Shown here piece after piece: positions 13,264-27,400 of a stretch of 64,000 nt of DNA. Under the pieces are notes generated by a model. It was not told the origin of the DNA and did no database searches. It worked only from the letters and a program-made list of their open reading frames with translations. The first letter of the stretch is position 1, and each line of letters begins with the position of its first letter. Source of the DNA: Eukaryota sp. GEM-RC1 (taxonomy: Eukaryota); NCBI GenBank assembly GCA_040285855.1, contig JAUFOQ010000001.1:992001-1056000 (forward strand). The letters run 5' to 3'. A program made the translations under genes and the position numbers.

Positions 13264-14603
13264 ATGTCGCTTTCACTTCTACCAGCAGAAACTCTCAGCT
13301 GCATCCTCACTGACCCCTCGTTCTCTGATCAAACTATTTCTTTTGGAGAGGAGTCTATTGAAGTGAACAAAACTGTTCTTGCAGCGAGTTCTAGCTACTT
13401 TCACTCTCTCTGGTTCTTGGAGTTTGGAGATAAACTTGATAACCCCATTGACTTCTCACATCTTGGTGTGAGTTCCGCCACTTTTTTTCTTTCATTAGAT
13501 CCTTCTACGGAAAGCCATTCACTCTCACCGACAGTAATGTATACCACTTCTTCTATCTAATCCACTACTTTCAAGTAAACAAGTTGATTGACCAATTTGA
13601 AAAACACCTCAACACTCATCTCGTGACATGGGCTTGGCTAAAACCATTCATTGAAGAAGCAAATGAAAGAAATGACTTGAGAGCTTTGGAATTTGTTGGT
13701 CCTTTCTTTTCTAAGATTGATGACCTTGTGATTGATGATGTGATGGCAATCACTACTGAAGGGTTTCAATCGCTTGTAAAATATTGTACGTCCTCTCAAT
13801 CACTGTCATGGTTCATCAAATCATTGGTGAGCTCGATCATCAATCAAAATTTCGATTTGAATGTGGTTCCTAATATTTTAAATTCTTGTTCAGTCGAAGC
13901 TCTTTCTTTACAACAATGGAAAGAGTATTTATTTGTTCCTTTAAAACATGTAAAAGAATTGGAGACGGAGTTGATGAAGTTTTCTTTTAAAAGAGTTAAT
14001 GTTCGTTGTGTGGACTTTTTGTTGAAGGAAAATTCTGACTTGGTGTCAGAAATTGCTAAGTTACAAAGTCATATTCAACAACTAAAAAAGTCAGCTTCAG
14101 AAACTCAACTAGCACCTAAACATATTAAAATGTCACAAACCAGAAAGTCATCTTTGTTACAAGTAAGTGACGATAGAAAGAGAGTTGTTCTTGTGGAAAC
14201 TCGCCACTTCCATGGAGAAGCAAATATCTTGGGAGAAGATCCACTTCTTCCAGGTAATGTTTACACTTGGAAGGTGAGGTATCAGGGGACTACTGAAGCT
14301 CTTTTTGTTGGAGTCATTGACGAGTCAAAGTTTCGTGTTGATGGTGATTGTTATAGGAATGCTCATGGTGTTTTCAACGGACGTGGTAATTTTTTTGGTT
14401 GTCTCTCAGGAAACAACACTCGTTGGAATCTTGGCGAATTACTTGAAATCAATGCAAATCTAATTAATTACACTTTAACAATTAAATCAGTGAGCAATTC
14501 TTCATTAAATGTTACTGGAACTCTTCCCAGATTAAGTCGTGGCCATTATTATATTTTCGCGTCGATGTGTTATGATGATCATGGACTTGAAATCGTTGAA
14601 TAA
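13264..14603 (+). CDS. BTB/POZ - helical - coiled coil - SPRY/B30.2 protein, copy 1 (1-nt deletion in T-run ~13485)
   Basis: BTB motif FSDQTISFGEESIEVNKTVLAASSSYFHSLW; heptad stretch; SPRY-like GNVYTWKVRYQG, FVGVID, GELLEINANL, YYIFA. Confidence 0.85.
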
Positions 14604-15519
14604 AGTTGATGTCATTGTGATTCTACTTAATCCTAGTAGAAGACGCTTACACGTTTGTAATGCAAAGCGGAACTAGTGTTCGAAGACACGCGTGGCCACG
14701 GACACGGTGTCTTTTAAAAAACAGGTACGAAATTTTGAACACTGAGTGGAACTACCACTGCAAGGAATGATGTAATTTTATATCGTGTATGATGTTTACA
14801 TTTGTTTTTATACTAATTTTCTAGTAGAAGAGTCTACAATATGCACAACAACACGGCTACACATCAGCTGACGACGGGGAGAAGGGCACATTTAGATTTG
14901 TGAGTGCAGTTTGAGGCGAATATGTCTACATCCAGATTTCTATTCAACTTACTCAGAAATGGTTGTATCACTTACTATTTATCAAATGTCTTCTCGACCA
15001 CTGGACCACCTTTTTTTGAGTTCCTTTTGTACCACTTCAGCTATACGCATCGCAAAAAATCGTTACACTGAATCCCCTATAAACTAACGGTTGTGTTAGA
15101 ACCTACATGTAGTTCTTTAAAAAAACACGTATTCTCCATTAAGAGTGTACAAAGATAGTGAAATAAGGAAGCTTTGAAGAGAATGATGATATGAAGATCT
15201 TTTTGATGTTGATACACAATTATGCAAAATACAATTAGAATTACCAAACGTGCGGTGAAACGCATATGCTTGATAAAATCGGTTTTATGATTTGATCCAC
15301 ACTTAACATGCAAATAGAAATTGAAACTAAAAGTATTGACTTAAGTTTGGCGTGGGCTAACTGCACCAAAAGCTTTTAATATATCTCCTCATCGAAAATA
15401 CATTTGAACTGTTGTATTCACTTTCCGCACATCTGCTGGTGCTTTAATATCTTCATCTCCAATGAAGGTATTGGCAAACACGTGGTAAACAATACAAGAG
15501 AGTGCAAAGAACGGTGTCT

Positions 15520-15695
15520 TAGTAGTAGAGTTCACGATACATAAGTTAAGGATTCCGTAAGCAAACTTGAAGAAGATCAACATCTGAGATGTACAAATAG
15601 AAGAACCAAGCTCTGGAGATAGATTTAATACAGTTACTAGCCTGAAACTCCGTGACTAGTATTAAATAAAGTGAAGTAGAAGGTAAGTGTTAGCA
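15520..15695 (+). repeat. Third, partial copy of the upstream dispersed repeat
   Basis: TAGTAGTAGAGTTCACGATAC...GAGATGTACAAATAGAAGAACCAAGCTCTGGAGATAGATT...GAAGTAGAAGGTAAGTGTTAG match the other two copies; no BTB gene follows. Confidence 0.85.
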
Positions 15696-15759
15696 AAGAT
15701 TGAAGTCGATTTTTTGTTCACAATCGTTCTGATAGTGTATATGTTATATGTAAGATCTG

Positions 15760-15970
15760 AGTGCAAAACAAAAAGTTACACTTCAAGAAACATTTAGTTT
15801 CAGCTTTATCGTTATTAGAAGGAGCAGAACTGCTGAAAACAATAAAGAAACTTTTGTCGATTTTAACAATCTTCATCCTTTTGAAGATCCTTTGGTTATG
15901 TCTGGTACTCAGTCTGGTCATTGGTTGGATTCACCCATCACTGATAATACAAAATGTCATTTCGAAATAA
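15760..15970 (+). mobile_element. Possible degenerate fragment of a CRE-type non-LTR element
   Basis: One frame reads MSGTQSGHWLDSP, resembling the S...(A/S)G.WL...P motif found before the CCHC in RLE-type elements; weak. Confidence 0.25.
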
Positions 15971-16755
15971 TCCTGGATGAATCCTGGATTATACCCAAAA
16001 CTTGAACGATCATTAAAGATAAACTGTTGAATTAATTTTCATCACTGTAATTGGAGTAATAAAATAAATGATTACTCAAGTAAACGTCATCAGTTGAGAC
16101 AGATTGCCAAAAATAAAGTAAACTTTTCGTAATATTCAGAAATTGGGCTTTCTTATGGTATAGTGATCATGAACTTAAAACGTTGAATACAGTTGATATC
16201 ATTGTCCTTGTGGGCTAAGTCTCCTCATTCACAGTAGTGATTCAAATATTTAAAATAATTTTTAATTTACTTCAAGAGAACGACCTCAACTACTGGAAAA
16301 TGGCATCTGTGCAGTATCTGTATGTGTACTTGGACTAGTCCGTTGTTAGCTACTATTTGCACCGAGTCAACGGTCCCTAACCTTGCAAGAAAAGGATTGT
16401 CCTTTGATTTAGGTTAGACTGAGAGCGCTTGTTTGTTTCAAACTCTGAGAAGTAAGAGAGAAAGAAGGAATATCCCTTGTTTCAACAGGTATTAGTCTTT
16501 TGCGATTGATGTTGCTTTCATTACTATTTTTGTCATTATTAGACGTTATTGAAGTGTGACTTGTTGGATCCTGTCTTGGTTTCCCTACTTCTTTTTGTTG
16601 TCCTTTTTTGGTGAATCATTTGCTGATTTTTCGATCTATACGATTGTTTATTCTAAATTTTGCTAAACCGACAGGTAATTTTATGGACAAAAATAGTAAA
16701 TATACAGTAAATAAATAAAAGTCAAAAAGAGTCCTGAAAATTTGAAATATACAAT

Positions 16756-19411
16756 TTAATTTTCCTGGCGTTCATTTTCAGGTACACACTTAATATGCGC
16801 CGGGCAAGAATTTGACAATATAGCAAATATTTTGTTTCCTATTTTTTCATTACAAATAAAACACCTCGTTTCAAGATTCAATGTACAACTTCGCTTCTCC
16901 TCACTAATAACTTTAGCCATTGCTTTCCTTTCCTGCACTTGCCACAATGCCCTTTGAGTTGACAAATCATGTGTAGAAGCCAATGAGGTTCTAATTAGCA
17001 TGGTAACAAATGGAAGCAACTCTTTCAAATACATATCATTATGCAGAGAATTAACAATATCTTCGTATGAAATCAGATCCTTCTGTCTGTACAAAAAGTC
17101 TAAAACCACATTCAATGGTTGACTTTTAAGGATAAACTGTAGTAGAAGTAACAAGAACCGACTAACCTCACTTTTAGAACTTCCATGTTCATAACAATAC
17201 TCCTCTGCTTCTTTAACAGTGTCTAAAGTGGACAGAAGTTCCAGAGCTTCCTGATGAAACCCTGCTCGAGTGTAGACATAGACTTTTTGAAAGAGGAATA
17301 GAGGTGATGAGAGTAGGGAAAGGATCTCTTCGTGATTATATTGAAATGTGGAATTATTCAAATAACTATTGAACTGTTCCAGAAACAAAATAAGTGATGA
17401 TTTTGAATCTAAACCTTCTAAATCTCGAATATTCCTCAATTCCATCGTATTAAACAAATTAATTAGTTCCTTAATGTAAGTTCGTCCTAAAAGCGTATGA
17501 CGTTCCCTATCGTCATCACCACTGTGAATCACGTGTTCAAGGAAAGCGATTGTACAAAGATTATTGCAAAGAAGAATTGAAGTAATCTTGCGATTCCCCA
17601 TTTTTTGAGTGTGGAAAAAGTAATTTTAGAAATATTATTGGCCAATATATTAAAAGATCCTCCATCAAGCACTTTTTGAAGAATATGTTTGATATCATAG
17701 AACTCTGATATCGACTGATGTTGCTCAACCAACACTTGACAAATCTCTTGCACCGCAATAGTCTCATCAAAGTCCAAAGCCAGGACAACCAATGCACACT
17801 GGCAAGAGTGCATTGGCGTTGCTTTAGGTACAGCCCCAGAATAAGACATTGACCAGGGGATGTGGAGAAGGTAGCCATTAAAGGTAATGGAATGGTTATT
17901 TTGTGATGAAAAAAGTTGAACGCCTTTAAAACTAATGACTTTTGGGAAGGCAAAACCTTAGTACATAATGTGATAAAGACCAATTGTAACGAAGCTTCTA
18001 TAACTGGACTGTTCTGTTCCACGTTTTCCATTTTAGAATGAATAAAATCAGCAAAACTTTCCACTATGCTTGTTTCAAGAATGATTGACTTTTTGAATGA
18101 TGATTTTGATTGGTTGGTTAAAAGGAAAGAACTCGTCGACCAAAGCCTAGCTCGTCGTCTAATTGAGCCTTTGGTAGGACATCAAACGGAATATTTAAAT
18201 TTTTCAGAGAGAACGATTCGATATGTTGAGTGGAAGGTAGATACGTCATCAAAGATCAACGTAATCCAAAGGATTTAAATAATCCGTTTGGAAATATTCA
18301 ATAACTGCTTGAGATCCAGATTCAGACTTTGAAGACATGAAGTAGCGGATGAATTCTCGAGATAACTCAGATTTGTCTTTGACAGAGATACAACCAACAT
18401 CAACTAGAAAATTAAAAAATAAACTACTAACCGAAGGTTCAATATTTAAAATATCTAGAATTTGCTTCTTGAAACAAGTTGGCGCCAGTATTGATATTGA
18501 ATTATTCTGATCAATCATAAAGACTGGAGAAGCAGAGTTCGTGATGACGTGAGACAAAAGAATAAGACATGGAGACGAGTAATGTGGGAGCAGATGAAAG
18601 AGAGAAAGTTTGAAGGGGACATGAAGGTTGGAATCCAGGAACCCAAATGTCTAGAGAAGAAGTGGTTGCAGTGAAGAAGAAAGGAAATGAAGGGCAAGCT
18701 TGGGAAGGAATTGAAGAAAGGACCAGGGGGAGTGGTGGTAGCTTCACCAGAAGCAGAGAGAAAACAGCCGATTTCTTGAGTGGGGATGAAGACTTGAGAT
18801 TTGAAGGGAGTGAGAAGACATGAAGGAGAAGGGAAGAGTTCGATGGGGGAAGCAGTGGGATCGTTTGTAAACATCATGAAGAAAGAACTGGAAGAGCAGA
18901 AGTAGAGAGTATCGCCAATGAAAGCAAAGGAGTCAATGTGGTCATTGATTGCAAACTCTTGAAAAGGATGTGAAGGTGGGGTTCCTTTGAGATGATAGAA
19001 TAGGAACTTTCGTTTGCATAGAACCACTATTCTCGAAGTATCAGTTTGATCCAGGGCAAAAGAAGTGGAGTAGCGAGTGTTTGGAAGTTTGTAGAGAAGT
19101 TCAAGACTTTGAGGATCGAGGACACGGATTTTGTCATCTAAGAGAACTAAGACTTCAGCATCTGGAGAGTACGCGAGATGAAGGGGTTTACATTTAGTTC
19201 GAACTTTGGATCGAGTTTTAGGACCTGAAACAGGACTCAGGTTTGGTGATAGATATCCAGAATCGGTAGCAGTCCACGTAAGACGAAGATTGTTAAGGGT
19301 GTTTTTGTGATCAGCTACAACAAGAAAATCATTATAGGCTGCAGCACAGTGAATGTGATTATTATAGGGTAAGACGTCATGCTTGGAATATAGTGGTAGT
19401 GGAGGATACAT
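16756..19411 (-). CDS. VPS39: Vps39/Vam6-TGFBRAP1-like HOPS/CORVET subunit (CNH propeller, helical repeat, C-terminal Zn finger); several homopolymer frameshifts
   Basis: N-terminal CNH-like beta-propeller text (STSFALD..RIVVLCKRK). Clathrin-repeat-like YTRAGFHQEALELL...AEEYC. Terminal RCFICNEKIGNKIFAIL...AHIKC typical of the Vps39_2 region. Fragments rejoin by 1-nt shifts. Confidence 0.75.
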
Positions 19412-20502
19412 TTAGGATCACAAGTACTGTATTATCGGTTTTACGGAAATGTGAAATTCTCAGAGATCAACCCAAAACTGCCCAGTGGTCCAAGAACTGT
19501 TCATTAACGAATTGAGTTGGAACTTCACTTGTTGAAAAGTTCTCTTCGGATGAATGGACATTTGTATTGAAAGACAATGCTGGTTTTGAAAACTTGTCGC
19601 AATTCTGTATTTTTCTACATGAAACGATGTACTATTTGAACTTTGTAAAGAATAGCCATGGTTTAGTTCGTGGTATGAGCCAATGAATTACTCCACTAAA
19701 CATTAGCGATATATACACTTTGCCATATACTTCTACCGTGTCAATCTTGTTCTTATAAAAGGCGTAATACATCAATTGCATCTGACACTTCGACGTGAAT
19801 TATCCACATACAACTTCCACTCGAAATTACATGCTTCGCAAGTACCATTGTAGCAGAAAACAGCTACAATCTTAGTTATTTAGAGTTTCAGTATGATTGA
19901 TTGTAGAAGTGTTTCAAAGTGAGTCTGATTCCCAAAATTGAAGATAACACATAACACTCATATAAAATAACACGTTATTCTGGTAGTCTGAATGTCCACA
20001 TAGTACAACGTGGAGAAGTACACGTACCTCATTGATCTTTCTCCAATAACTTAGTTTCTTTAGAACTAATTAAACCCCTTCTCAAAAGTACTGCTATTTT
20101 CTTCCGTTAGACAGACAGTCAGTTCTATGGTGGTGTTACGATTGTTTCACAGTTTCAAGTATTAACTAACTGATAAACGTCAAGTTTATAAGTGGAATAT
20201 TGTGAAAACTGGAATCGGCTGATCAACGGTATCAACATTGTGTCGTTTCGATACTCGGTGTAGTTGTCATTAACAATGGTTCTGTACCATTTTACTCGTA
20301 TATCAATCAACCAGTCAGTAACACATTTAAACGGTTAGCCGAAATACTCGAAACAAAAATCAATGAGGCTAAGCCGGCTAAAATGTGTTGTAAGCCACAG
20401 CCGGCTAGTTAATACCTGCGGCTGAGCAGTGAGCACATTTTGAGTTGGCTCCCATCTATAGGATTCACAAATGTATCCAAAATTGTCCAAACCTCAATCC
20501 TA

Positions 20503-23500
20503 ATGGCTGGAACTTCTACATCCCAACAAAGCTACTCTCCATCCAATGATCTAACACAATCTCCTGTATCTATTTCATTTAAAGTTCCTTATCCTCCTGT
20601 TAAAAACAAAGACCTTCGTTCCTCGTTTCCAGAAGGCTTTTGGTCGTGAATGGTTTGTCATTTTTCAACTCACATCAGGCGAATAAAAGTAAAGTTTTCC
20701 CCTACAACTGACCAAGTTTCGTTCTTCCTCGAAGCTGTCCATGCTACTTTTGATTCTCATGCTCTTGAATTCATTCTCCACAGTTCTATCCCAAGCTCAA
20801 CCAAAAAGACTGCAACTGAACATCTCTTCACCACCACTGATTGGGGCTATGAGAGATTCGCCTCTTACAGCCAAGTTACTTCATCTCTTTCCCCCTATGT
20901 TACTGATGGAGAAATCCACTTTGAGGTCAAGATCTTCCCATCCAAGGACGACACCACGACCCAAACTGGAGGCATCCTATCCTTCAAAGACGACTCCAGA
21001 GCTCGCACCTCCTTCATTGGGATAAAGAACCAAGGCAGCACCTGCTACCTCAACGCTCTCATCCAATCTCTCTTCCACACATCTGCCTTCAGGAAAGCCG
21101 TCTTCTCCGTTCCCATTGAGGAAGGCACTGACCCCAAGGACTCCATTCCTCTTGCTCTCCAACGTCTCTTCTTCAAACTCACCTTCTCCAAATACTCTCT
21201 GTCTACCAAGGAACTGACTTCCTCCTTCGGTTGGACTCAGGCTGATGCTTTCGTTCAACACGACGCCCAAGAGCTTGATCGTATTCTATGTGATCGCCTC
21301 GAGAACAAAATGAAAGGAACCAGTGCTGAGAACTTGATATCTGGCATGTTTGAGGGTAAAATCTATTCCTACATTAAATGCCTAAACGTGGAGTACGAGT
21401 CTTCTAGAGTCGAGACCTTTTACGACCTTTCTCTTGACGTCAAGGGATGTTCTACCATCTACGATTCCTTTGAGAAGTACACTGAGGACGAGATACTTGA
21501 AGGGGATAACCAGTACTCAGCTGAAGGTCATGGTCACCAAGATGCTAGGAAAGGAGTGAAGTTTAGATCATTCCCACCAATTCTTCATTGTCATTTGAAG
21601 AGGTTTGAGTATGACTTTTATACCGATGATCAGGTCAAAATCAATGATAAGTATGAGTTTTTCCCAGAGATTTGTCTTGATGATTATTTAGATGATGGAG
21701 CTGACAAAAGTGTCAGCCAAAAGTATATTCTTCACTCTGTTCTTGTTCACTCAGGTGACGTGCATGGGGGTCATTACTACGCTTTCATTCGACCTTCATT
21801 GCAAAAGAACTCGTGGTTTAAGTTCGATGATGATATTGTCGATGAGGTTGATGAGAAAGACGCTGTCGAAGAGAACTATGGTGGTGAAATGACTTGGCCA
21901 GTCACTGGAGGTATGGGCACTGCTTGGAATTCCTATGCAGGTGGAATGTATGGTAGCCGTGTTCAGTCCCCCATCAAGAGAACTATCAAAAAGTGTGCAA
22001 ATGCCTATATGCTTGTGTATATAAGAGAAAGTGATTATGCTGACGTGATGGCTGACGTGGCTAAGGAAGAAATTCCAGCTCCTCTGTTTGTGGCTTTTAA
22101 GCAGGAGCAAGAGAAAGCTCGAAAGAAGAAGCATTTGGATAAGCTCCAGGAAAAGAAAATGTTGTTGAAGGTTGCTACTCCATCAGATTTGGCAGTTAAT
22201 GAGCCCTTTTCCTTCGTTGATTGGAATAAGATTGAACCATTGTCCTTTGAAAAGGAATCAAAATTGACTGATGTTGCTGCTCACCTAGTTCAGTTGAACA
22301 AAGTACCAACTGATGACGTCTCCTTCTGGAAAATTGATGACACTGATGATCTTAATCGACCTAAATCACTTATTCCAGCTACAACTGTCGAGTACTCCAC
22401 CATTGATTCTATTACTACTATCAAGACTATGTATGGAAACAGTTGGAATAACAATTATGGAACGTATAATAATTACAGTTCTATTTGGGATCTGAATTCT
22501 GAATCAGATAATGATTGTTTTGATGACGATGTATTTGCCTCTGTCAACGTCGAGTCTACAGTTGATGATGACGTCGAAGTTCAATCAAAACAAGAAGACG
22601 TGGATATTCCTACGAATCAATATCTCTTGGTTTTGGATAACAGTCAATCAACTTCCTTGAGCATGGCAAAATCAGTTATCGTGATCAAAGAATACTTGCC
22701 CAAAACAGAAGAGGTCGTTTTCCGATCATATTTGATTGTCGATAGCTCAATCAAAACCGCCGCTTTACTTGAATCAATTGCTGACGTATTAGATTGTTCC
22801 GTTGAAGGTCTTTCTGCTATTAAAGAGTCAGAAGATAAGGAATTTGATACCCTTGATCCCGTCTACGAACGTCTTTCTACTGGTATTGTGATCGTCTGTC
22901 AGAAAGGTAACGAATCCCCAACTCTAGAACAGTTCTATACTGCTAAATGTCAACAACACAATTTACAAGTTGTTTTGTTACACTCCACAGGAGCTTCTGT
23001 TTATAGTAGAGAAGAAAAAAAGCTTGGACCTATTTGTTTGGATTTAACTTTGACTTATCAAGAAGTTGCTGAAACCTTGGTGAGCTCTTTTGATGATTTG
23101 AAACGTCATCCTGCTGAGAATTTAATTTTCCATTCACCAGCTAATTACTCACATAGTCATTATCATTATCCTTCTGCAATGTCGACTTCCCCTTCTGAAA
23201 CTCCAGATCTTCGATCAATTTTAAAATCCAAATTTTCAGATAATATTGGAACTCACCTTTATGTGAAAGCTTTACCATTTGCACGTGATATGGAAGATCA
23301 TATGAAGAACATTACAGTAGTCAGAGTTGGCGATTTTACTAAAAGGTCAGTTTCCTATCATCAAGCTGAAGGTCAATCACTTTGGGTTCCGAAGGAAGGC
23401 TTAGTCGTCAATCTAAGAGAAAGTGTCAGAACTGCCTTTGGCTTAGAATCGAATGACGTTCGTCCATCAAAAATGATTATGTTCCATGAGTATACTGAGC

Positions 23501-24000
23501 CCTATGTTGCTGGTCAGGTGTCTGTTGGAAAGAAGTTCGAGTTGCTAGATGATAGCTCTAATATCCCTAGTAATTTGGCTAATCTTTATGTACAGTTCCT
23601 CACAGCTCCTGTTCCAACTTCCTTTACGCCTATTCTTGTTCGTCATATGACTGCTCCAACAGTTTATTATCATGCTACAAAAGGGTGGGTGCAATATTTT
23701 TCACATCCTTGTTATGTACTTGCTACTCCTGAAACTACATTTGGACAATTGCTGTCTGAATCTCTAGCTTTCGTCAAGATGAATCCTGAAGACCCTACTT
23801 TACAGGAAGTAGTCATTAGAGTGTTGAATTTCTCTTCCACACAACCAGAAATTGGCGGAGAAGTTAAGTTGGAAGAATTAGTAAATGATCACGTAACCAA
23901 TGTCACTCAGGATGTATTCGTAGCTTTACAACATGAACAGCCTAAGCAGGTTTACCGTCACTTCCGGTTACAGCAAAAAGGAATCAGTATTCGAGAGTAG
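20503..24000 (+). CDS. USP7: USP7/UBP12-like ubiquitin-specific protease (MATH + USP catalytic domain + C-terminal extension); intron 20653-20678; 1-nt insertion near 20627
   Basis: MATH motifs AFGREW|RIKV and DWGYERF; Cys box GIKNQGSTCYLNALIQSLF; QHDAQEL; His box HSGDVHGGHYYAFIRP; WFKFDD; NAYMLVYIRES. Confidence 0.92.
20653..20678 (+). other. 26-nt spliceosomal intron in USP7
   Basis: GTTTGTCATTTTTCAACTCACATCAG; removal restores GAA TG|G CGA (E-W-R) of the MATH domain. Confidence 0.8.
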
Positions 24001-24432
24001 AATTTGATTGATTTGTACGTTTTTCTTTGTAATTTTCTCATAAAGTTGTTTTTGTTATGTTCTTTTAGTTGATATTCATTTTTGAGTGTTCCTGAAGTCT
24101 TTCTCCACGGAACATCGAATAGTTTTATTTTACGTGTACAAAGTTTGATGTAGGTTGGACTGTGTACTCATGAGAAGTCATTATAAAGGGGCTTAAAGGT
24201 CAAAAACCATATCTTTAACAAAAACAAAAACACGAACTAAGTAAAGCCATTATATGATCATCACTATTCGATGAAACATAAACATTACTCTTGGAAAGTC
24301 TCTCAATAGTAAAACTATGAGACTGTAGATGTGACTGAGTTTCTGTGAATTGGCTTTTTTAGTTAATGCAAATTTAAAATGACATGGGATTAAAATGTGG
24401 GAAGATCAAATATGAAATTTGATCCATTTCAA

Positions 24433-27400
24433 ATGCTCCTTCATCTACTGCTTCTAGCAGTGGTGGTCTCTGTAAGTTCTACGTCTCTTCCTGGTCTAGA
24501 ATATCTTGCCATAAACCTCGATGATCCCGGCAACGGTAAGTTAAACGTAATGGCTAGCACTGACCATCTCAAGCTCGCTGTCAATGCTAAGATCGCGGGA
24601 CGCATCGTTAATCTCCAAGATCCTGTTGTCTTTGATGATTCCAGCCCTGATTCACAACCAACTTTCTATGTCAAAAATTCCAAAGTTTTTCGAAAGCTCT
24701 GTTCCTCCACTGTTTGCTCCCTCCAACAAGTCTCTCCTCTCGAAGCTTTCTCTCATCTATCTTTCGTCTACCACAATTCTAATCCGATCTGGAGCTTCAA
24801 CTATGACTGGAATTACGACGAGTCTGCTGGCGGCGCCGTCCAAGACTTTACATTCGGTCCTGTTGTCTTCAAGGATGCATATGTAAAAGCGTCATCCGCC
24901 CTCAACATTGAGTTCGACTTCAACGCGTTACATGGTCTCAAGAAAGCAGAAGCCAAGTTTACCCAACAACTGGAAACTTCTATTGGTATTCTAACTGAGC
25001 CATTCGAAGGACACAGAACTCACAGCTTGACATCAAGAAAGCTCGCTGACTTCTACCTCTATGTGTTAGGAATTCCTGTCCCAATCAAGATTCATCTTGA
25101 TGTCACCGCTTTGCTTCTGTTGTAAGTACATTGGTTGTTGATGCTTCTTTTCTACTCAAAACTAAGAATGCTGAGATGAATACCGGTTGGAACTCCTACA
25201 GTGGCTTTTTCTTCAATTACACATTTGGTGACATGACACAGGTGTTCAAGAGAGAATTTGAGGGAGAATTGCACGCAATTGCTGGTATAGATGCTAAACT
25301 TACAGTAAACATTGCTGATTCTGTTGACTTTTATGGTGTCATTACTCCTTTCCTTGACGCTACAGTTACTTCAAATGTTTGTCCTGATGAATTACACTAT
25401 ACCGTGGACTTTGGTTTAGACCTGGTATTAGGGATGTCGGATATCGTCATTAGCACAAGAGTACGTGATTTCAAGTGGGATACTGCAAGAGCTTTCCCTA
25501 CTTTTGAACTAGTTAGACACAACATCATTGATGCATGTAGTGGCTCTGTTCCAATGGACGTAGTCGCGTCATCAATTCCAGACGTTGCTCGAAGGGAATT
25601 CTTAGTTCGTATAGCTATCAGTTCTTCAAGTGCTACTATTGACGATATATATGTTTGGCGTCCTTCAACTAGAGTTGCAACAAAACTTTGCTCACGATCT
25701 GGATCTACATGTACCATCAATGATTATATATTTGTCTCCAAAGGATCCTCTGAAAAGATTGAATTTTGGAGACAACGATGGGGTTGGTGGAGTTGGTTTG
25801 ACGAGCATCTGGTCACATATACCATAACCTTCCATTCGACTACCAACTTATACGGAAATTTCAATGGCCGTCGATACGACTTCTATGTCACTGAGACTCT
25901 GTCAGTTCAACCCAATACTTACGTCTCTACTACTGTTACTGGAGCTGAGTCTCAATACTTTGCCATTGACGCACCTCAAGACTCCCGTTGGAGTTCCAGA
26001 AGGTTTCTGTGGGGAGGTTCTGCATCTCCTATTATGAGGACTTTCACTTCTAGTACAGTTCAAGCTGGTGTGAGTCAGACTTTGTTGGATCATAGCAGAG
26101 GTAGAAACATACCACTACCATCTTCAAGAAAAGAACTATTTCTTGGAGTTGTAGTAGACATCAGAAATTGAATGTAAAAGTTTCTTCAGAAAGTGACTTT
26201 GAAGCAGATGTAGCCAATGGCCAGGTTTCAGTTTTTAGACGTTCGCCCAGTTCTTCTAAAACAATCACTTTTGAAGAAGCTCGTTGGTATTGGAGTAATA
26301 TTGAGGTTCGCAGGTTTACCATCGACGAGCGATCTAAAACAACTACTTCAAGGTCTTGGTCCACATCAAACAGCAGATGTTCCGTTTCTGTTAGAATTGA
26401 AGATCCTGACGTTTTCGTTCGTTTTCGTAATCCTACAGGAACTACGTGGTCTAATCGTGTTGTCTTTGTTCTTTCTGACACTTTGACTACCTGGGGATGT
26501 GCTACAGCTATTGCAAATGGATTCTACCACTTTGATTCTTTTTCAGCTCCAACTTTCTATCACGTGACTGGCAAGTTTTATGACGTGATTGATGAAGATA
26601 AAGTAAGTGATCTTGGTCTATTAGTAAAAAGACCAGCTATTATTGTTTCCATTGAAGAGCAACACGTGTGTGTAACTAGATATGAGTTTAAAGAAATAGG
26701 TGATCCCTACTCAACTGGTCATCGGCTTGCATTCTTAGTCACTGCTCCAAGGTTAGCCACCACTAGAATCCAGTTACCTTCAAACATTAGAGCTTCTTTT
26801 ACCAGATTACGAGGAGACTTTTGGTACTCTGACATGATCTACAATGAACCTAATACTGCCTCAGAATTAGTCATTTCAAATACTGGTCAGACTAACTTTG
26901 ATGTTGTTGTTATCTTTAGGTGCACTTCTTCTTCGTGTTCGGGAACTATACCAAGACCTCACCATGACGTCATCCTCAAGTCTGGTCAAGAGTACCTTAT
27001 TGGTTCTACTTTTGCCACTTCCTATGTTCTTGCCAGTAGTTGTTCCCATTGTCTTGTTGAATATGACTTGTTTGCCATGTCTTCTGTTACTTTCCAACAC
27101 ACTAGTAGTGGGGAATCATCAACTCTTGTTCAAGGGTCTGCTACCATTTCCGTTGATGATTGTGCCTTTAAAACTCTAGAATTTACTGGAGAAGAGGGTG
27201 ATTTGATCTTTACTTCAACTTGTTTCTTTGATTCTAATGAGGATGTTTATGTAGCAGAAATGTCCAAATCTATTGTGGAAACCAGTGCTCTGTCACTTCA
27301 GAATGAGGATAACAAAGGATATGTAGTACTTGATGATCCTTGTGATTATTGTTATCTTTCAGGGTCTATATATTCCGGGGAATATTCCGTTCTGTTCTTG

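Noticed and set aside
14630..14720. Helitron 3' end (CTAG near GC-rich semi-palindromes)
   Set aside because: No convincing hairpin at the expected spacing and no matching 5' TC end or Rep/helicase.
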